Assembly (NCBI RefSeq): GCF_006345805.1
Contig: NC_042999.1
Coordinates: 6,510,001-6,574,000, forward strand
DNA: 64,000 bases
Reading direction: 5' to 3'
DNA from: Octopus sinensis
Lineage: Eukaryota
The notes beneath the pieces were generated by a model, which did not search any database, was not told the origin of the DNA, and saw nothing but the letters and a program-made list of their open reading frames with translations. Shown one piece after another: positions 24,196-37,357 of this stretch. Position 1 is the stretch's first letter, and each line of letters starts with the position of its first letter. The position numbers were made by a program, and so were the translations under genes.

Positions 24196-25040
24196 ACTTT
24201 TATATTCGGTTAGCAAGACTACCATTGGTTTCGTGCCGAGAATTCCCAGCAATTATCAAGCCTGCCACATTGGGCTGTTCGTATTCGTACCCATCGTATC
24301 CAACACGAAGCCAATGGTAGCCTTGTTAATCCACAAAGAATATGTGTCCACCAATGCGGTGTTGAGCACCCCTTCTCAGTATATGTATGTACATGTATAT
24401 ATACATACACATTCACGCACAGCTAGACGTGGTGAATGATTTGTGTCTGTGTTCTCTTAACCCAGAGGGCCAGAGTGAATGGAGCCGAGCTCATTGTAGG
24501 TCTAAACATGTCTGGTTAACCAAGGGGTCGGAACCTAAGCATTTCATCCGTCTTTACCTTGAGTTCAAATTCTGCCGAGGTCGACTTTGCCTTTCATCCT
24601 TTCGGGGTTTGATAAAGTACTGAGATCGATATAATCGATTTTCTCCCTCCCCCCCACTCCCAATTGCTGGCGTTGTGCCAGAATTCTAAACCAATATTTA
24701 TTCCATCGATTCTCTCATTCACACACATATATGCGCACAAGTTTTTTAGACGTTCAATAAACTCGCCAATATTCGTACAAAAGTATATGTATAGGTTTGT
24801 ACCTGCAAACGCGTACATAGGTTTGCTCGAACGCACATATACAAACGTGTGTGTGTGTACGTGTGTACCAATTTTGAATACTAATTTCACAGTAGTATGG
24901 TAGTTATTTGGAGAGCAATGTTTGCCATATGACTGAAATGTCCAGATATATTAATAGTCTTCTGTCGTCGAGTTGTTTAATTAAGTGATTTAAAGTGAAA
25001 TTATTTGATCCTATCTCATGACTATTGCCAAATCATTACA

Positions 25041-25082
<42 letters not shown>

Positions 25083-25643
25083 CACACACACACACACACA
25101 ACACACACACACACACATGATAAACAGATTCGTACACATCATGTACACTCATACACGCACACTTACATACGGTCAAAAGTTTAAACACGATACCAAAATG
25201 TTGTTTTTAAAATACATTTTGCTACAGAGATAAAAAAGAAAACCAAATTATCCACTAAATATTTGCAAGTCACGAAGTTAATTAATTTCTGCTTAATGAT
25301 ATATGATTAACGAAATATTTTATAATTTCATTTTGGATTTAACATCTGAGACACAAGTTAGATGACTATCTTCGAAATTTAGGGAACAAAAAAGGGTCAA
25401 ATTGTTCGACTCACGCTCAGATAAATATATTAACTAAAGAATTATCTGTGAATAGATCCGTTGGGCTTTCGTTTTTTTTTAGAAAATTTGCTGGATTTCA
25501 TCCGAGACACATGGATCCAGCCGAGTTCGTGAAGCAGCTCTTTAAACCGATTGAATGGTCCGCCATCTTTGTCATGTATCGCCATTTACGTTTTACTCTG
25601 CCAGCCGTAAACACTTCCCAGCAACAATAACACACGCCATTAA

Positions 25644-26300
<657 letters not shown>

Positions 26301-26394
26301 ATATGTGCAGATTTGTATGTTTTGTTTTATGTATGTATTCTCATTCATATAGTTACATATCTAGACATGCTTACATATATTTAAACGATAAACT

Positions 26395-26560
26395 TCTGGT
26401 AAGTTTTATAGATTTTTACAGTTCCAGTTATAGATTGGATCTGTAGTCTTCGAATTAGCTTTCTCTTTTCTGGTTTTGAGAAGCCTAATTTCTGAAGACT
26501 GGTATTTAGGCAGTGTGTTACATATCCCAGGGCCCCAATAATTACAGCTATAAACCTGAA
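26395..26560 (-). pseudogene. C-terminal tip of an RLE-type non-LTR retrotransposon ORF
   Basis: Translation FIAVIIGALGYVTHCL...LQIQSITGTVKIYK resembles the IPVIIGALG...LQ...GT.KI ending of RLE-bearing elements. Confidence 0.6.
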
Positions 26561-27298
26561 TTTACGGGGACGTAAATGAACCAATACCAGTTATCAAGCG
26601 GTGGTAGGGGACTAACAAATACCCCACACACACATCCTACGCGTATGTCTTCAGCTGATGGCAAATATTCAGGGTAGACAGTAGGTATTAAATAAAGTAA
26701 ATTATTGAAAGAACAAGAAGCTTTCTCCAACAATACATAGCAATAACCTCTGACAAATTTCGACTTCCGGTTCTTACCCACTCACTAAATACAGAAAACA
26801 ACATCCGGTTCCGGCCCAGCCACTAGATACAGAAAACAACAACCGAGTGAAACAACAGCGTCTAGTTTCCGGATCGCAGACATTCGACGGTTTCTCTTGC
26901 TACACCTCGCAGTTTGTTCGTTTTATTTCCGTACATTTACACTGTCGAAGAAGTTTCTGTTCAGGTGTTGTTTAACCATTTTTAATCACATTCTACATTT
27001 CTTTACAAGACAGATTAGAAAAATTCTCGAGAGATTTACTGTCTAAATTTGAAAAATGGTTAACTTCTGCAATAAAATACGACTCCAAAAGTTACTTAAC
27101 CACCAAAGGCAAATGATTTGATTGGCAAATAGAAACAATGTCTGAAGTATTGAAAAAAAACGAAAGTATTGAATCGTAAAAGTATTCAGACATGTCAAGG
27201 TTTTATGCCTGACCACACATATACACTTCTATCTTTATAGTGAAAGGCAGCAATTATTCTGTATTTGTTTTACTATATTCAATGCTTGTTGGAATTAC
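26561..27298 (-). repeat. Locally duplicated block, inverted copy
   Basis: Reverse complement of 11765-11855 plus 12036-12700. It lacks the ~180-bp segment 11856-12035. Confidence 0.9.
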
Positions 27299-27315
27299 AA
27301 TCGCAACTATACTTA

Positions 27316-28546
27316 AAGGGTGGCGAATCAAAACTTGCATTAAAAGTTACACTAGTATTTCACAGTAACCACTACACCCAATGATAGGAAACCTAATGCA
27401 GAACAAAGATTACAGTGTCAGTTAATAATAAACTCGTTTTTTTTTTATGCAGGAATTTTAGAGAATATGACTGCGTAGGAAGACAAACGCCAAAGAGTAT
27501 GTGATTTGGTTCGTGCACGAGCCGATCGGAAGAGGATCTCAAGCATAGTCGGAGTATCTTTACACACAGTTTATAACATCAAGAAGAGAATGGACATTCA
27601 GAGGAAGTCTGGTAGCAGTGGAGTCAACAAGAAGCGGAATCAAGACTTCGTCAACACCTTCAAGTCCAAAATTTCAACGAATCCAACCACATCCATGATG
27701 AAGTTTGCTTCTGGACTTGAAGTGGACTTCAAGACCTTCAGAACAGTTGTGATGATGACTTGGGTCTCAAGTCCTACACCAGGACACCGAGACACCTTCT
27801 GACAGAACCTATGAAGGCCAGGAGACTGGAGAGGTGCCAAAAGGTTCTCACATATCTCAAGAAGGACGAGTCCACTGAAAATTTTGTCTGATAAGATCTT
27901 TACAGTGGATGATGTTGTGGATCGCAGAAATGACCTTTACATTGCGGAGTCAACAGCTGACATCAGAACAAAATATCCAGCCCAGGTCATGGGCGTCGGT
28001 GTTGTGGCCTTTGACGGAAGAAAGATGCTCATCTACTACAAACCCGGAGAAAAGGTGGGTGCTGACGCCTACTACAAGATGCTGAAATACTGTCTTACTA
28101 TGGTTCAAGGCCAACTAACCAGAGGGCAGTTATGTGTAGACCCAGGATGGTGCTTCCAACCATACTGCCAAGAAGGTACAGAACTTCTGCAAATCCAACT
28201 TTGCTACTTTCTGGCCTGCGGACTTCTGGCCCTCTTCCAGCCCGGATCTTAATGCCGTATGGGGCATTTTGGAGCATGCGACTAACAAAGGCTCCCACCC
28301 CAACATCAACTCTCTGAAGGCTGCCATCAATGAGGAGTGGGCCAGGATCTCCAGTGACTTCGTGGTGAAGAGTTGTACGGGGTTCAAGGGCCATGTGGAG
28401 GCCGTAACTTCAAAGAATGGAAGGCACATAGAATAAATTATTCGTTTTGTGAATGTTAACCTATTTTCGAATTACTAAACCTATTAATGTGCAATGCGAG
28501 AGTTTCAAATGTTACAGAAAATTTCCAAGTTTTGCTTCCCCACTTG
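27316..28546 (+). mobile_element. Tc1/mariner element of the maT (DD37D) type, decayed transposase 27467-28436
   Basis: Degenerate ~22-bp TIRs (AAGGGTGGCGAATCAAAACTTG / CAAGTTTTGCTTCCCCACTTG) flanked by TA. Motifs SD(E)KIFTVD, QDGASNHT, FWPSSSPDLN; D2-to-D3 spacing would be 37 if the missing PLDF were restored. Confidence 0.85.
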
Positions 28547-28654
28547 TATATCTTTTTAGATTTAATATCTCCTGTTTGAATGTCTGTAGCTATTGTTTAT
28601 TTTGCTTACCAAAGAGGGATGTGCTATTTCATCTGAATCATCTGGATCGGTCTG

Positions 28655-28899
28655 ACTATCTGGTGCCGAGTCGGCTCCGCTGGTCACAGCATTTGTTCCA
28701 TTCTCCTCGTGCTCTCACAATTCTCCTCCACGTTGTTCCAAACATCTTTCTTAAATTATCTTCCCACCTGATTGGAGGTCTTACGATTGGTCTCTTCCAC
28801 TCACACGGGCACCACTCAACAGCTGCTCGGGTCCACCGATTACCTGTGAACCTTGTGACGACATGACCGGCCCATCCTAGCTTTGCCTGGTCGTATTCT

Positions 28900-28900
<1 letters not shown>
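28655..28900 (-). pseudogene. RTE-clade LINE C-terminal fragment
   Basis: WAGHV..RFTGNRWTRAAVEWCPCEWKRPIVRPPIRWED, typical of the RTE C-terminus. Confidence 0.8.
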
Positions 28901-28953
<53 letters not shown>

Positions 28954-29116
28954 TAGGGCACCGAAAGTGTGTCAATAGCCAGCTGGAGGAGATATCTTCC
29001 TGGGGTTACAAGCTACAGTAGCATCCACCCTTAAGGGTTAGCCACATTTAAGTGGTAAATATACTTCACGATGTCGTGCAGCTACCGGTTATACCTCGCT
29101 CAGAGATTTATTACTT

Positions 29117-29194
<78 letters not shown>

Positions 29195-29203
29195 ATATAT
29201 ATA

Positions 29204-29570
29204 GGCACAGACGTGACTCTGTAGTAAGAAGCTTGTTTGGCAATCATAAGGTTCTGGGTTCAGTCTCACTGCGTGTCACCTTAGGTGAGTGTCTCCACTA
29301 ACATTTCGGATAACCAAAACTTTGTGAGTAGATTTGGTAAATGGAAACTGAAAAAAGCCCGAGGTATTATAAATATCTGTGTGTCTTTGTGTCACTGTTT
29401 GTCCGCCACCAACGCTTGACAACCGGTGTTGGTGTGTTTACGTCCCCGTAACTTCTAGAATAAGTACCAGTCTTAAAGGCAGTACAGTGGTTGATTCATT
29501 CGACTGAATTTCTTCAAGGAGGTGCCCCAGCATGGCCGCAGTCTAATGACTGAAACAAGTAAAAGAATAA
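29204..29570 (+). mobile_element. SINE-A, diverged
   Basis: Recognisable head, CORE-like segment and tail. Confidence 0.7.
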
Positions 29571-29956
29571 CTTGGGAAGTTAAGTCGGTGCTCATGCTGT
29601 TTTTAGTTCGCGTCAGGGTTTGAACTGGTGCACATCGAGTGTTTGCTGTTGAAACGTTTCAAAAGAATGGTGAATCTGGTTTGTTTTTTGTTTTGTCGCA
29701 CCCTGTATAACTCCTTGAAATCCGTTCCCTGAATACATTTTAATTGCATTCAATGGCCTATTGAAAACTAAAAAAAGGTTTCCTAACGTCTTCTTCACTT
29801 CAGCACTAGCGATGTTTCTGTTGTGTAATTGAGAAACGTTTGTCTTCTTGGAAAGAACATCATTATGTGAATGGAAATCTCCCATACCAGTGTAACAGTA
29901 TTACAACCCACCAAAGTACTCGTTCGTTTTTCTGTTGCTGCTTACAACCAAGAATT

Positions 29957-30344
29957 TGTGGAAGCACTCCGTCGGTTACGACGACAAGGGTTCCGGTTGA
30001 TCCGAATCAACGGAACAGCCTGCTCGTGAAATTAACGTGTAAGTGGCTGAGCACTCCACAGACACGTGCACCCGTAACGTAGTTCTCAGGGATATTCAGC
30101 GTGACACAGAGAGTGACAAGGCCGGCCCCTTGAAATACAGGTACAGCAGAAACAGGAAGTAAGAGTGAGAGAAAGTTGTGGTGAAAGAGTACAGCAGGGA
30201 TCACCACCATCCCCTGCCGGAGCCTTGTGGAGCTTTTAGGTGTTTTCGCTCAATAAACACTCACAACGCCCGGTCTGGGAATCGAAACCGCGATCCTTTG
30301 ACCGCGAGTCCGCTGCCCTAACCACTGGGCCATTGCGCCTCCAC
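29957..30344 (-). mobile_element. SINE-B (tRNA-Arg-like head) with 13-bp TSD
   Basis: Head GGCGCAATGGCCCAGTGGTTAGGGCAGCGGACTCGCGG...GTTTCGATTCC. TSD ACAA(C/T)CAAGAATT at 29944-29956 and 30345-30357. Confidence 0.88.
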
Positions 30345-30739
30345 ACAATCAAGAATTATATCTCACTCGTACCTGATTGTTAAAAGGTATTAGTGATCAC
30401 AACAGGCATCGAATGAAAAATATATCGACTTATTGGGTCCGCCTTTATTAATTTTATGTCTTGATGAAAGGGTTACCGTATCGAAAATACAAAAATTTAA
30501 GAGGGAACCTCAATTCTTAATTGTATATTTCCACCGTAGTTCATTTACCCATCACAATAGTAAGTGAATCTATGTCTGATTTAATGTCGCAATTAGAAAA
30601 TATGAACGTATTAATCCTTCTAAAACCCATAACGAAAAATCTCTCTTTAGTTAAATGTAATTTGTGAGTCGGCAGCATCATTAGAACACAATAAAATGAA
30701 AAGTACTTGTGTGAAAGCCTGTTCTGTCTGTCTGTATGT

Positions 30740-30787
30740 CTGTCTTTCACGCAGACACACACACACGCGCGCACACACACACGCGCA

Positions 30788-30821
<34 letters not shown>

Positions 30822-31392
30822 GACACGCACACACACAGATACACACACACACACAGAGATACACACACACACACACAGATACATACACACACAGATACAT
30901 ACACACACAGATACACACACACACAGATACACACACACACAGATACATACACACACACACACAGATACACACACACACAGATACACACACACACAGATAC
31001 ACACACACAGATACACAGACATACAGACACACACACAGAGACACGCACACACACACACCACACAGATACACACAACACACACACAGATACACACACACCA
31101 CAGATACACACACACACACAGACACACACACAGATACACCACACACAGATACACACACACAATACATACACACACACACACAGATACACACACACACAGA
31201 TACACACACACACAGATACACACACACAGATACACAGACATACAGACACAACACACAGAGACACGCACACACACACACACACAGATACACACACACACAC
31301 AGATACACACACACACAGATACACACACACACACAGACACACACACAGATACACACACACAGATACACACACACACAGACACACACACACAG

Positions 31393-31439
<47 letters not shown>

Positions 31440-31456
31440 CACGCACACACACACGC
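30740..31456. repeat. Long (CA)n/(CAGATA) compound microsatellite
   Basis: Directly visible; produces the 235-323 aa HT/CV pseudo-ORFs. Confidence 0.97.
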
Positions 31457-31859
31457 GTACGTCTTACTACATTACAAACCGGTTGTGAAGGAGGTTTTCA
31501 ATGGTGGAACCAGCGTTTCAAACGGCAAATCCTGAAACATAGAGTTGGATGTTGGCTAAAACCAACGGTTTGTGAAACGAAATTAATAGCTACTTTACAG
31601 GAATACTTGCGTGGCTTCTGCCATTATGCCTCGCCAATAAATTGTTATATTTATATTGGAACGATTAATAGTCATTAATAATGTGTTGGGTCTTCTCAAA
31701 CATATAAAATCGCATAATTTTACTATCAGGGCATCTGTGGATGGAAATAGATACAGACATACATGTGGAATAGATTCCGTTATTTATTCGTATCTTATAT
31801 GCACATATACGTGTATTTATATATTATACACACACGGACCCGCGAATATATATTCTTTT

Positions 31860-32244
31860 ATTTTCTTCTTTTTCTCGTTTCAGTCATTTGACTGCTGCCA
31901 TGCTGGGGCACCGCCTTCAAGGGTTTTTGTCGAAGAGATCGGCACCAGGACTTTTTCTTTGTAAGCCTAGTACTTATTCTATCTGTCTCTTTTGCCGAAC
32001 CGCTAAGTTACAGGAACATAAACTCACCAGCATCGGTTGTCAAGCAATGTTGGAGTGGGGGTAAGCACAGACACACACACATATACGACGAGCTTCTTTC
32101 AGTTTCCGTCTATCAAATCCACTCATAAAGGCTTTGGTCGGCCCAAGGCTATAGTAGAAGATACTGGCCCAAGGTGCCACGCACTGGGATTGAACCCGGA
32201 ACCATGTGGCTGGGAAGCAAGCTTCTTACCAGGCAGCCACACCT

Positions 32245-32246
<2 letters not shown>
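31860..32246 (-). mobile_element. SINE-A
   Basis: Head to tail, diverged. Confidence 0.75.
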
Positions 32247-32289
<43 letters not shown>

Positions 32290-32423
32290 CTGGGTCTGTG
32301 ACTTTTAAGATTTAAAATTTTTCGTTTAAAAATGATAATGTATCGACACCCATATACTCTAAATTCGCGTATGTATGCTCTCATGTGTGGTGTGTATGTG
32401 CGTGTGTGTGCGTGTGCGTGTAA

Positions 32424-32466
<43 letters not shown>

Positions 32467-33299
32467 CATGTATGTGTCTATCTGTCTGTGTGTCTATCTG
32501 TTTATGCGCATACGCTGATATACTCTAACCTCTCATACCTCACTACCTGATACTCTCTGGCAGAGTTCACTCTGTTAATAGTTATTCAGATCATCTTTCC
32601 AAACGGATCTTACCCAGGCCTGTCCACACTCCGCCACTCTCTACACTCCGCCATGATACCAAAAATACAACTTGACCCCCTGCTTAATTTTCCCTCCTCT
32701 TCTCCCATCTCACACATCACCTCACGATCATATGTAAACCACGAATCCTTTTCCTCTTCGTAACTCAAATTTATCAACCCGTATTAACAGCCCCCTTTTT
32801 TCATATTCCCTATGTCAGGTGAGGGATCTCATCAGAGGCTGAAGAGACCCACTACTGTCACCATAGAAACCACTCTACCTGTTTCATGGTCGAGTGGTCG
32901 GCGACTAAAAGCTCCCTCGCTTGAGAAACTTGTTACTCTTGTGAGGAGGGTGTCTGGACATCCAGCTGGACTAAAAACGAAACTTTCGAAGGATGCATGA
33001 GCCCCTTGTTGGCTTAAAGCCATCCAGTTGAGGAAGGGCAATGGCAAACCACCTTATTATCTCTGCCAATTAAACACTATAAGAAAGTCAGAATGAAGTA
33101 GCACAATGGCTTCACCTGAAGGAAGAATCGACGCTTAATCCGGGAGACTTTCGTTGTAGTGTCATCAACGCACTGCAAAAGTACGATACATGGCAACAGC
33201 GATCCACATTCCATCTTCGTTGCCTGTTCTTTACTAAAATTTCGCTGTAAAAGTTGATGCCTGCGCATGCGTGAATTCTTCTCTCTTCGTCACTCTCTC

Positions 33300-34150
33300 A
33301 TCTGGATTTTAGCAATGAAAACCTCCAGTTCCTCCGGTTCAACCCTCTCATCTCTCATTCTCCTAAACACATCGACTCCCTTTATTACTCTCTGAATGTC
33401 TTCAACCACCAGCACTTCTTCTCTTTGGCCATATCTCCCTCCTCCAATGAGAACATATTATTTCTTTACTACCCACAAGGGGCTAAACATAGAGGGGACA
33501 AACAAGGACAGGCAAAGGGATTGAGTCGATTACATCGACCCCAGTGCGAAACTGGTACTTCATTTATCGACCCCGAAAGGATGAAAGGCAAAGTCGACCT
33601 CGGCAGAATTTGAACTCAGAACGTAACGGCTGACGAAATACCTATTTCTTTACTACCCACAAGGGGCTAAACACAGACAGGACAAACAAGGACAGACACA
33701 CGGATTAAGTGACTACATCGACCTCAGTGCAAAACTGGTACTTTATTTATCGACCCCGAAAAGATGAAAGGCAATGTCGACCTCGGCGGAATTTGAACTC
33801 AGAACGTAACGGCAGACGAAATACCGCTAAGCATTTCGCCCGGCGCGCTAACGTTTCTGCCAGATCGCCACCTTCTCCAATGAGAACATATATTACACCT
33901 TGACCCTCTTCGAAGTCTCGTCTTCACTGACTCAGGTTCTCACAACCCTTTATGGTTCTCACCTTCGTTCCATACTTAGACTGCTGCTGCACAAATGTAA
34001 TATTTTGCAATTCTCGACAGATTTTGGTAACCATTTGCTTCACCATCCCCTTTGCTTTTCTGACGAAAACACAAATATCCCAAGTACTCTTTGATCTCTT
34101 CCTCATCTCAGAGCTAACCTTTACCAAACCGTAATTGTCTCAGCACCTCA
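33300..34150 (+). pseudogene. Highly decayed LINE APE-endonuclease remnant interrupted by SINE-D
   Basis: Residual motifs TDSGSHNPLW (GDFNxHxxxW-like) and FDLFLISE (LDLFLTS-like). Confidence 0.4.
33458..33874 (-). mobile_element. SINE-D with two tandem units and 16-bp TSD
   Basis: TSD CTCCAATGAGAACATA at 33442-33457 and 33875-33890. Confidence 0.9.
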
Positions 34151-34357
34151 TTTGACTCTTTGTATCTGATCTATTACTTGTTTCAGATAGTAGACAACAG
34201 CCACGCTGGGGCACTGCCTTCGAGAATTTTCAGCCGAATGAATCGACTTCTATCTGTTTAAGCCTAGTACTTATTTTATCGGTCTCTTGCCGAACCGCTG
34301 AGTTACGGGGACTTAACATCTCAACACCGGTTGTCAAGCGGTTTAAGGGGACAAACA

Positions 34358-34389
<32 letters not shown>

Positions 34390-34699
34390 TCACACACACA
34401 CAAACACACACACACAAACACACACACACACACACTCACACACACACACACATAAACACAAACACACATACACAAATACATGCGCACATACACTCACACA
34501 CACATTCCTTATGCGAAATCCAACCAGGCCACTAGTTCTGACAATGTCCCTTCCCTTACACTCAAATATTACACCACAGAACCTGCCCCCACACTCACCA
34601 AATTCTTCAATCTCACTCTCTACAAGGATATGCCATGATTTTCATTCTAATCAAAAGCAACTCTTCAGAGTGTGTACGAATGTATGAATGGAGGAGGAG

Positions 34700-35035
34700 C
34701 TGCGAGGTCCGAGGAACAGAATCAACGAGTCAGTGTGGATGGCTTTCCTCTAGATGCAGTTCAGTCTGTCTATGTGTGTAGCGGTAGCAGCAACAATACA
34801 TCGACGTAGGCCACACCTGAGCTTTGTAGGATCTCAATAACTATTACAGACTAAAATATCTTCTGGTTCTGAAGAGAAGGCCCAGTCTTTGAAATGCAGT
34901 CCTAGTTATGTTAAGGATGTGCTTTTGCCAGGGGAGATCCTCGATCAAACTGTGGTCTAACATTCTGAGAGATTGTGATGGCTGAAATGAGTGCCTCCAA
35001 GTTGAATGGGTGCCTGGGTTGATGATGTTTTCTTG
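34700..35035 (-). pseudogene. CR1/L2-group LINE post-RT fragment
   Basis: EDLPWQKHILNITRTAFQRLGLLFRTRRYFS followed by YKAQV...ATHIDRLNCI*RKAI. Confidence 0.6.
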
Positions 35036-35163
35036 CAAATAAAGATACAACGTTTACATAACGTTTTTATACATATAAGCATTTACACACACAAGCACCT
35101 ACGTGTGTGATCGTGTGAGTGTGAACGAGAGATATGAAGGCGAATATATATATATATACGTAC

Positions 35164-35383
35164 ATATAAACATTACTTTATATAATTAGGGTTCAGCAAA
35201 AAAATTGCTTTACCACACACCGAACTTTTAGAAATAGCAGCCAAAGAATTTAGCTATTTCCACTACTATAAAAAGAGTCTCCCAGACAATGTATACTCAA
35301 AAAAATTCACGTAGGCATAAAGTTCGGTGTGTGGTAAAGCAATTTTTTTGCTGAACCCTAATTATATAAAGTAATGTTTATAT
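35164..35383. mobile_element. MITE-like element with perfect 65-bp inverted repeats
   Basis: 35164-35228 is the exact reverse complement of 35319-35383 (checked base by base); 90-bp spacer. Confidence 0.8.
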
Positions 35384-35485
35384 TTACCGTAAATGGTCCT
35401 TTTACATACTGAACACTGCTTGGTAAAATTATTAATACTAATTAATTAATTAATTTACCCTTATTATATTATGACAATATAGTAC

Positions 35486-35563
<78 letters not shown>

Positions 35564-35840
35564 TATATATGTATGTATACGTGCGTATATGTAAGTATCC
35601 GTATGTTGTATATATATATTTGTAATTATGTACTATCTATGTATATCCAACTGATGAGGCAGAGTATATTTTTGTACAGAGTCAGAAATCCGGATCTGAG
35701 ATTATCCAAAGATTTTTGCTAGTTTATTTGTTTGTCTTTTCATCTTGTGCTGTATGAATATATGAAGTGGTTTTAGAGTCAAGTTTTGACTGCTATCTCT
35801 AGCATGGTTGTATCTCTTAGATACTCTTAATCATACTTTA

Positions 35841-35875
<35 letters not shown>

Positions 35876-36258
35876 ATATATATAATATATATATATATAT
35901 ATCATTTACTCTTTTACTTGTTCTAGTCATTTGACTGCGGCCATGCTGGAGCACCGCCTTTAGTCGAGCAAATTGACCCCAGGACTTATTCTTTGTAAAC
36001 CTAGTACTTATTCTTTCGGTCTCCTTTGCATACATACACACACACACGCACACACGTGTGTGTGTGTGTATTTGTCTATAGATGACCTGATAACGAAAGT
36101 ATGCGATTTAGTGGCAATGGAATGATATTATTATGATTTAACTGAAACTTCCAAAATAGGTTTCACTCTGCCTACGCTAATAATTGTAGATAGCCGATCA
36201 GAAATGTGTGGTTTCTAATAAATACAACATGAAATTTATTTTTGTTCTTTCTCTGAAT

Positions 36259-36337
36259 TTCCCCTGAAGATGCTGCAGTTGAATCCTAGCCATACGAATA
36301 TTTCACTGCCAGAAGAAATAGAGATCTCTATCGGGAA
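36259..36337 (+). ncRNA. Type I hammerhead ribozyme motif (Penelope-type candidate)
   Basis: Stem I TTCCC/GGGAA; core CTGAAGA (36264-36270); extended stem II; GAAA (36315-36318); palindromic stem III ATAGAGATCTCTAT; AUC cleavage triplet with C at 36332. Confidence 0.65.
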
Positions 36338-36466
36338 TATAAAATAGAATTTTGTGTGTGTTTTTATATAGGAAGGACAGCTTGATAATGGAATCATCGT
36401 CAGGGCTAGGAAAGCAACAGATAGACACATACATATTCTAAATTATAGATTTGATTTCTTTATATG

Positions 36467-36547
<81 letters not shown>

Positions 36548-36668
36548 ACACACACACTCACACATTTTTGTAGTTATCTATATAGTACTTACATAGTCAT
36601 ACATACATATGTCATCGTACCTGTATACATACATACATATATATATACATACCATACATACATACATA

Positions 36669-36716
<48 letters not shown>

Positions 36717-36906
36717 CATACATATATATAATATACATACATATATATATATATATATATATTACACATTATAATCTAGTATACAAATGCATCTACTCAT
36801 GCATACCTAAGTACACACACACACATCTACATACATGTAGCAACACAGTAACATTCCCAATATCTTCTGTGATGCTGATACGATCAAATATATTCAGTGA
36901 GATGAT

Positions 36907-36938
<32 letters not shown>

Positions 36939-36939
36939 T

Positions 36940-37102
36940 GTAGCAGCGTGGTAAGAAGGTTGCTTCCAAACCACATGGTTCCGAGTTCAGTCCCACTGCG
37001 TGCCACCTTAGGCAAGGGGCTGATATTTTAGCCTCAGGCTGACCAAAGCTTTGTGAATGGGTTTGGTAAACGGGAACCGAAAGAAACCCGTCGAGTAGCT
37101 AC

Positions 37103-37153
<51 letters not shown>

Positions 37154-37357
37154 CACACACACAGACACGTGCACACACACATACATATATATATATATGT
37201 GTGTCCGTGTCCTTGTACCACTTGATAGCTGGCATTGGTTTGTTTACGTCCCTGTAACTTAGTCGTTCAGCAATAGAATAAGTACCAGACATAAAAATTC
37301 TTGAAGGCGGTGCTCCAGCATGGCCGCACTCTAGAGACTGAAGCAAATAAAAGATAA
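36940..37357 (+). mobile_element. SINE-A
   Basis: Head, (CA)n(TA)n centre, tail. Confidence 0.75.

Noticed and set aside
29575-29709. Short Tc1/mariner N-terminal-like peptide (HRVFAVETFQKNGES) next to a TACAGGGTG-type end
   Set aside because: Too short and lacking the opposite TIR; plausible but not supportable as a defined element.
30541-31678. ORFs of 235-323 aa (HT / CV rich), and similar ORFs at 23.7-24.4, 25.6-26.4, 40-41 and 57.4-58 kb
   Set aside because: Simple-repeat artefacts with no protein-like complexity.
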